Source of the DNA: a bacterium
Lineage (GTDB): Bacteria > Patescibacteriota > Dojkabacteria > SC72
DNA: 64,000 nt
Assembly (NCBI GenBank): GCA_021463465.1
Contig: JAJTYH010000002.1
Location: 73,799 to 137,798 of the forward strand
Direction: 5' to 3'
The translations under genes and the position numbers were made by a program. A model generated the notes under the pieces. The model saw only the letters and a list, made by a program, of their open reading frames with translations, was not told where the DNA came from and did not search any database. Below, one piece after another: positions 60,878 to 64,000 of this stretch; within the stretch, counting starts at the first letter, position 1; each line of letters starts with the position of its first letter.

Positions 60878-63800
60878 ATGCCACTAAGGGCTTTTTTAAG
60901 GCACTGCCAAAAACTTTATAACCGTGTAAAATGCATCAAATTCAAGCTCTGGATGTTAGTGCTACTCAATATTTTCCCATTACTCTTGTATTTAGCTGCA
61001 ATTGAGATCAAAAACCCGGTTCCAAGAATACGCATAACAGAGAAGAATTCAAACTATCTAGTAGAGACAGGGAACCAAACTTATACCGCCCAAATTGGTA
61101 GTAAAAGTGATAATGCACCTGAAATTAAATTCAGTGATCCAAATAACAACCAGATTACATTCAGATACGTAACTAGCAGAGACAGTCAGCCACAACTAAC
61201 CCGTAAGAGTCGGGAAGTCACATTTAGTAATGTCGAAGAATGGCTTGACATCAATTACATCCCTTTGGAGAATGGTTTGAAAGAGAACCTCATATTACAC
61301 AGATACCCCCACAAAAACTTCTTCCTCTTTGAATACGAAACTAACGACTTGGTACAAGACAAAAGTACCAAGAATGCAGTTACACCCAAATTCGAAACTA
61401 AGTCGGGTGAATACGCTTTCAACTTTGAAAAAGGATATGCCTTTGATAGTAGAGGGGCACGAACTGAAGCAGTAAGAATAGACACTTTCGGAAAAGATGG
61501 GAAAAGCTTTCTAAGAGTAATAATCGATGATAGATGGTTAGCACATAAGAATAGAAAATATCCTGTAACCATTGACCCAACAGTAGTTCATGATACCTCC
61601 TCAGAATTCTCATCAGGGAGCTTTAATCGTATTAAAGACACTGGTTCTGGTTCATCACCAGTACTAGAAACTTTCTATCTTGAAACACCCTCTGATGTTT
61701 CAACTACTGCACTCTGGCACTTCAATGAAACCGCTAATGATACCTGCGCTGGTGGGCAAGACTTATGCGATGGTTCAGGTAACGGTTTACATGGCGTAGC
61801 AACAGGTACAACAATAGATACAACGACTCAAAGGATTGGGGCAGCTTCAAGAACATTTAACGGCACTTCCGACTTTATTACTGTAAGTGATAATGACCGA
61901 TTGAGTTTTGGGAATAACACAATGAGTGCAGAACTTTGGATGAAACGTAACGGGAATCCAAGCACCATTGAATATTTAATACTTAAAGGAATTACAACAT
62001 GGGAATACCTTATGAACCTAACCACCTCAGGAACGGTAACTGCCACACTTACCAATAGCGCTGGGACTACTGTCGCCACGGTCACAAGTCTTGCTACAGT
62101 GACTGACAACAATTGGCACCATGTGGCATTTACATCAACAGGTTCAACAATCTCAATATACATAGACGGGAAGCTTAGCAATACATCCACATCTTTCACC
62201 TCTACAATGTCCAACACCACCTCTACGTTTTACATTGGAGATCGATCTGATCAAGCAAACGCTGAATTTGAAGGCTCAATTGACGATATACGCTTAAGCA
62301 ACATCGCAAGAACTTCACAAGAGATTAGGAGTGATGCATCAAGAAGCCCATACTCTACATTCACTTCCGACATAATTGATTTATCAAATACCTCAAGCGT
62401 TTGGAATACTTTTTCATGGAATGAAGCAGGTGTTGCTACAGGTGACGGCGAAACATTAAACAGTAGTACAAACTTAATCGCGCAATGGAACTTCAATCAA
62501 ACTTCAGGTACAACTGCAACAAATGACGCAGGGTCGTGTAGTACCTCCTGTAACGGCACCCTAACTGCATTCAGTTCAACAGGGAGCCAGGACGCAATAG
62601 TTCATTCTGGATGGAGTAGTGATAATCGAAAATGGGGGACTGGGGCATTAATGTTTGATGGTGTAAATGATGAAGTGTTACTAGGTGCGAACAATTTAAG
62701 CCCGAAACTAAGTGGTGCAAGCGTAGTTTCAATGGGAGCATGGTTTAAAGTGAACACATTCCCTGCAGCACTCCAAAGAGAACGAATTATAAACGTATAT
62801 ATGGGTAATGTTACATCTGGAGTATCGCTAAATGTCTACGATCTCAATAAAGTTGAAGTAGGGGGAAGGAGCGGTACTGGAGATTCTTATCAGACTGCCA
62901 CCTACGTGCTCCAAGACCCATATCAATGGCACTACCTTGTCGGTATATTTGATTTCCCAAGCGACAAAATCCAGATTTTTATTGATGGCCTTATGGTGTC
63001 CAATACAACCGTTACATTTGCTAACACCACTTACACACCAGGCACCCCAAGCGTACAAGATGCAATCGGATCTGGCCATGGAATTGGTCTTTTTCACGGC
63101 GTAATCGATTCAACAACAATCTTTACTAGAGCAATGACTCCTTCTGAAATTATGTCAAACTATCAAGCTGGTAATGTCGAATTCCAAACTAGAGTTGGCA
63201 CCAACACATCCCCTGATGATGGGACTTGGGAAACCTGGAAACCTGACAACAATGAAGTTGTTGCATTTGGATTTGATACTGATTCCACATCAGTTGAGTG
63301 GAACAATGACCCTCAAGCAAGACCTTCTGGCGATATGTTACTTTTTAATTCGACTAATATTGCAACAGGAAATGCCTACACATATACCAAGTTTAAAAGT
63401 AACAGTACCACAATGACAACAGGAGACACTGTTGAGTTTGATGTATTCGCAAATAATAATATGTTCGGGATAGGCGGAATTGATATCAGATATACAGATG
63501 GTTCATATGCTAGATATACTGGTTGGAAAGACCAAGTAAATTACAAATGCCAAGACGAAGGCTATCAGTACATTCATAAAAGATGGTTCCATAGGATTTG
63601 TACTATACCCGCTGAAGATAATGGTAAAACCGTTAGTTGGTTTGACTTAGTTAATGAAAGTAATTCTAATACTGCGGTTTCAGTTTTCTACGATAATATT
63701 GTTATTAAAAGTAGCTCAGGAGCTATTAAATCCGTTGTATACACCGCCGGAAATCCAGAATTTAATACTATTGATTTATCAAGCGACGCGGGAAATACAG

Positions 63801-64000
63801 GGACAGTGACATTGGCCTCAAGTAACAATGCGTACAACTCATTTTTTTCTAATGATTCGGTAATCAAAGTTCAGTCAACTGGAGCACTAAAAATCGATAC
63901 AAAACCCAAAGTTGACTTGAACACAATTTCACTTTGGCATTTAGATGAAACTGGTGGTACTGGAGCTTATATTAAAGACAGTGCAAATAGTGCAAATAAT
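60878..64000 (+). CDS. Large surface protein with multiple LamG/ConA-like domains (partial, runs off window)
   Basis: Frame from the ATG at 60878 appears open to the window end (absent from the track because no stop falls inside). Motifs ALWHFNE, WHHVAFT, GSIDDIRLSNIAR, AQWNFNQ, LWHLDE. Confidence 0.85.
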   Translation, partial: MPLRAFLRHCQKLYNRVKCIKFKLWMLVLLNIFPLLLYLAAIEIKNPVPRIRITEKNSNYLVETGNQTYTAQIGSKSDNAPEIKFSDPNNNQITFRYVTSRDSQPQLTRKSREVTFSNVEEWLDINYIPLENGLKENLILHRYPHKNFFLFEYETNDLVQDKSTKNAVTPKFETKSGEYAFNFEKGYAFDSRGARTEAVRIDTFGKDGKSFLRVIIDDRWLAHKNRKYPVTIDPTVVHDTSSEFSSGSFNRIKDTGSGSSPVLETFYLETPSDVSTTALWHFNETANDTCAGGQDLCDGSGNGLHGVATGTTIDTTTQRIGAASRTFNGTSDFITVSDNDRLSFGNNTMSAELWMKRNGNPSTIEYLILKGITTWEYLMNLTTSGTVTATLTNSAGTTVATVTSLATVTDNNWHHVAFTSTGSTISIYIDGKLSNTSTSFTSTMSNTTSTFYIGDRSDQANAEFEGSIDDIRLSNIARTSQEIRSDASRSPYSTFTSDIIDLSNTSSVWNTFSWNEAGVATGDGETLNSSTNLIAQWNFNQTSGTTATNDAGSCSTSCNGTLTAFSSTGSQDAIVHSGWSSDNRKWGTGALMFDGVNDEVLLGANNLSPKLSGASVVSMGAWFKVNTFPAALQRERIINVYMGNVTSGVSLNVYDLNKVEVGGRSGTGDSYQTATYVLQDPYQWHYLVGIFDFPSDKIQIFIDGLMVSNTTVTFANTTYTPGTPSVQDAIGSGHGIGLFHGVIDSTTIFTRAMTPSEIMSNYQAGNVEFQTRVGTNTSPDDGTWETWKPDNNEVVAFGFDTDSTSVEWNNDPQARPSGDMLLFNSTNIATGNAYTYTKFKSNSTTMTTGDTVEFDVFANNNMFGIGGIDIRYTDGSYARYTGWKDQVNYKCQDEGYQYIHKRWFHRICTIPAEDNGKTVSWFDLVNESNSNTAVSVFYDNIVIKSSSGAIKSVVYTAGNPEFNTIDLSSDAGNTGTVTLASSNNAYNSFFSNDSVIKVQSTGALKIDTKPKVDLNTISLWHLDETGGTGAYIKDSANSANN

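Noticed and set aside
61255-63416. Short ORFs listed in the track
   Set aside because: Shadows of the long plus-strand LamG ORF starting at 60878.
1-64000. CRISPR array, retron/DGR reverse transcriptase, rRNA, IS transposase
   Set aside because: No regularly spaced repeats, no YxDD RT ORF, and no rRNA or transposase motifs were seen.
1-64000. Global stop-codon reassignment (TGA=Gly or TAA=sense)
   Set aside because: TGA ends ftsI, recG and secG, and TAA ends pyk, ftsW and tyrS at expected positions. Only three isolated internal TAA codons were seen.

Overview
AT-rich bacterial chromosome segment using genetic code 11. Gene content and style suggest a CPR/Patescibacteria-like organism (inference). 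Bases 1-24550 are two tandem integrative defence islands inserted at the 3' end of tRNA-His, delimited by a 14-bp direct repeat (15441-15454 and 24537-24550). Each island ends in a large serine recombinase whose reading frame crosses the att core. Cargo includes two type II R-M systems (one Sau3AI-like), a Dodola-like pair, a CBASS (CD-NTase plus Cap15), HEPN, PIN and PD-(D/E)XK nucleases, an ADP-ribosylglycohydrolase and a primase-helicase. The rest is core genome: def, secG, pyk, cmk, a dcw cluster, tatD, rsmI, truB, rarA, T-box-tyrS, recG, FemABX, three more tRNAs and a large LamG surface protein running off the end. The main unexplained signals are: (1) an unassigned ~150-nt structured RNA present once in each island, with covarying stems, a pseudoknot, GAAA tetraloops and an 11-nt tetraloop receptor; (2) a serine recombinase split by its own att site, which would gain a 50-aa C-terminal tail only in the excised circle; (3) repeats bracketing defence cassettes; (4) a TyrRS fused to a B3/4 editing-like domain; (5) several single-base lesions in otherwise intact genes.
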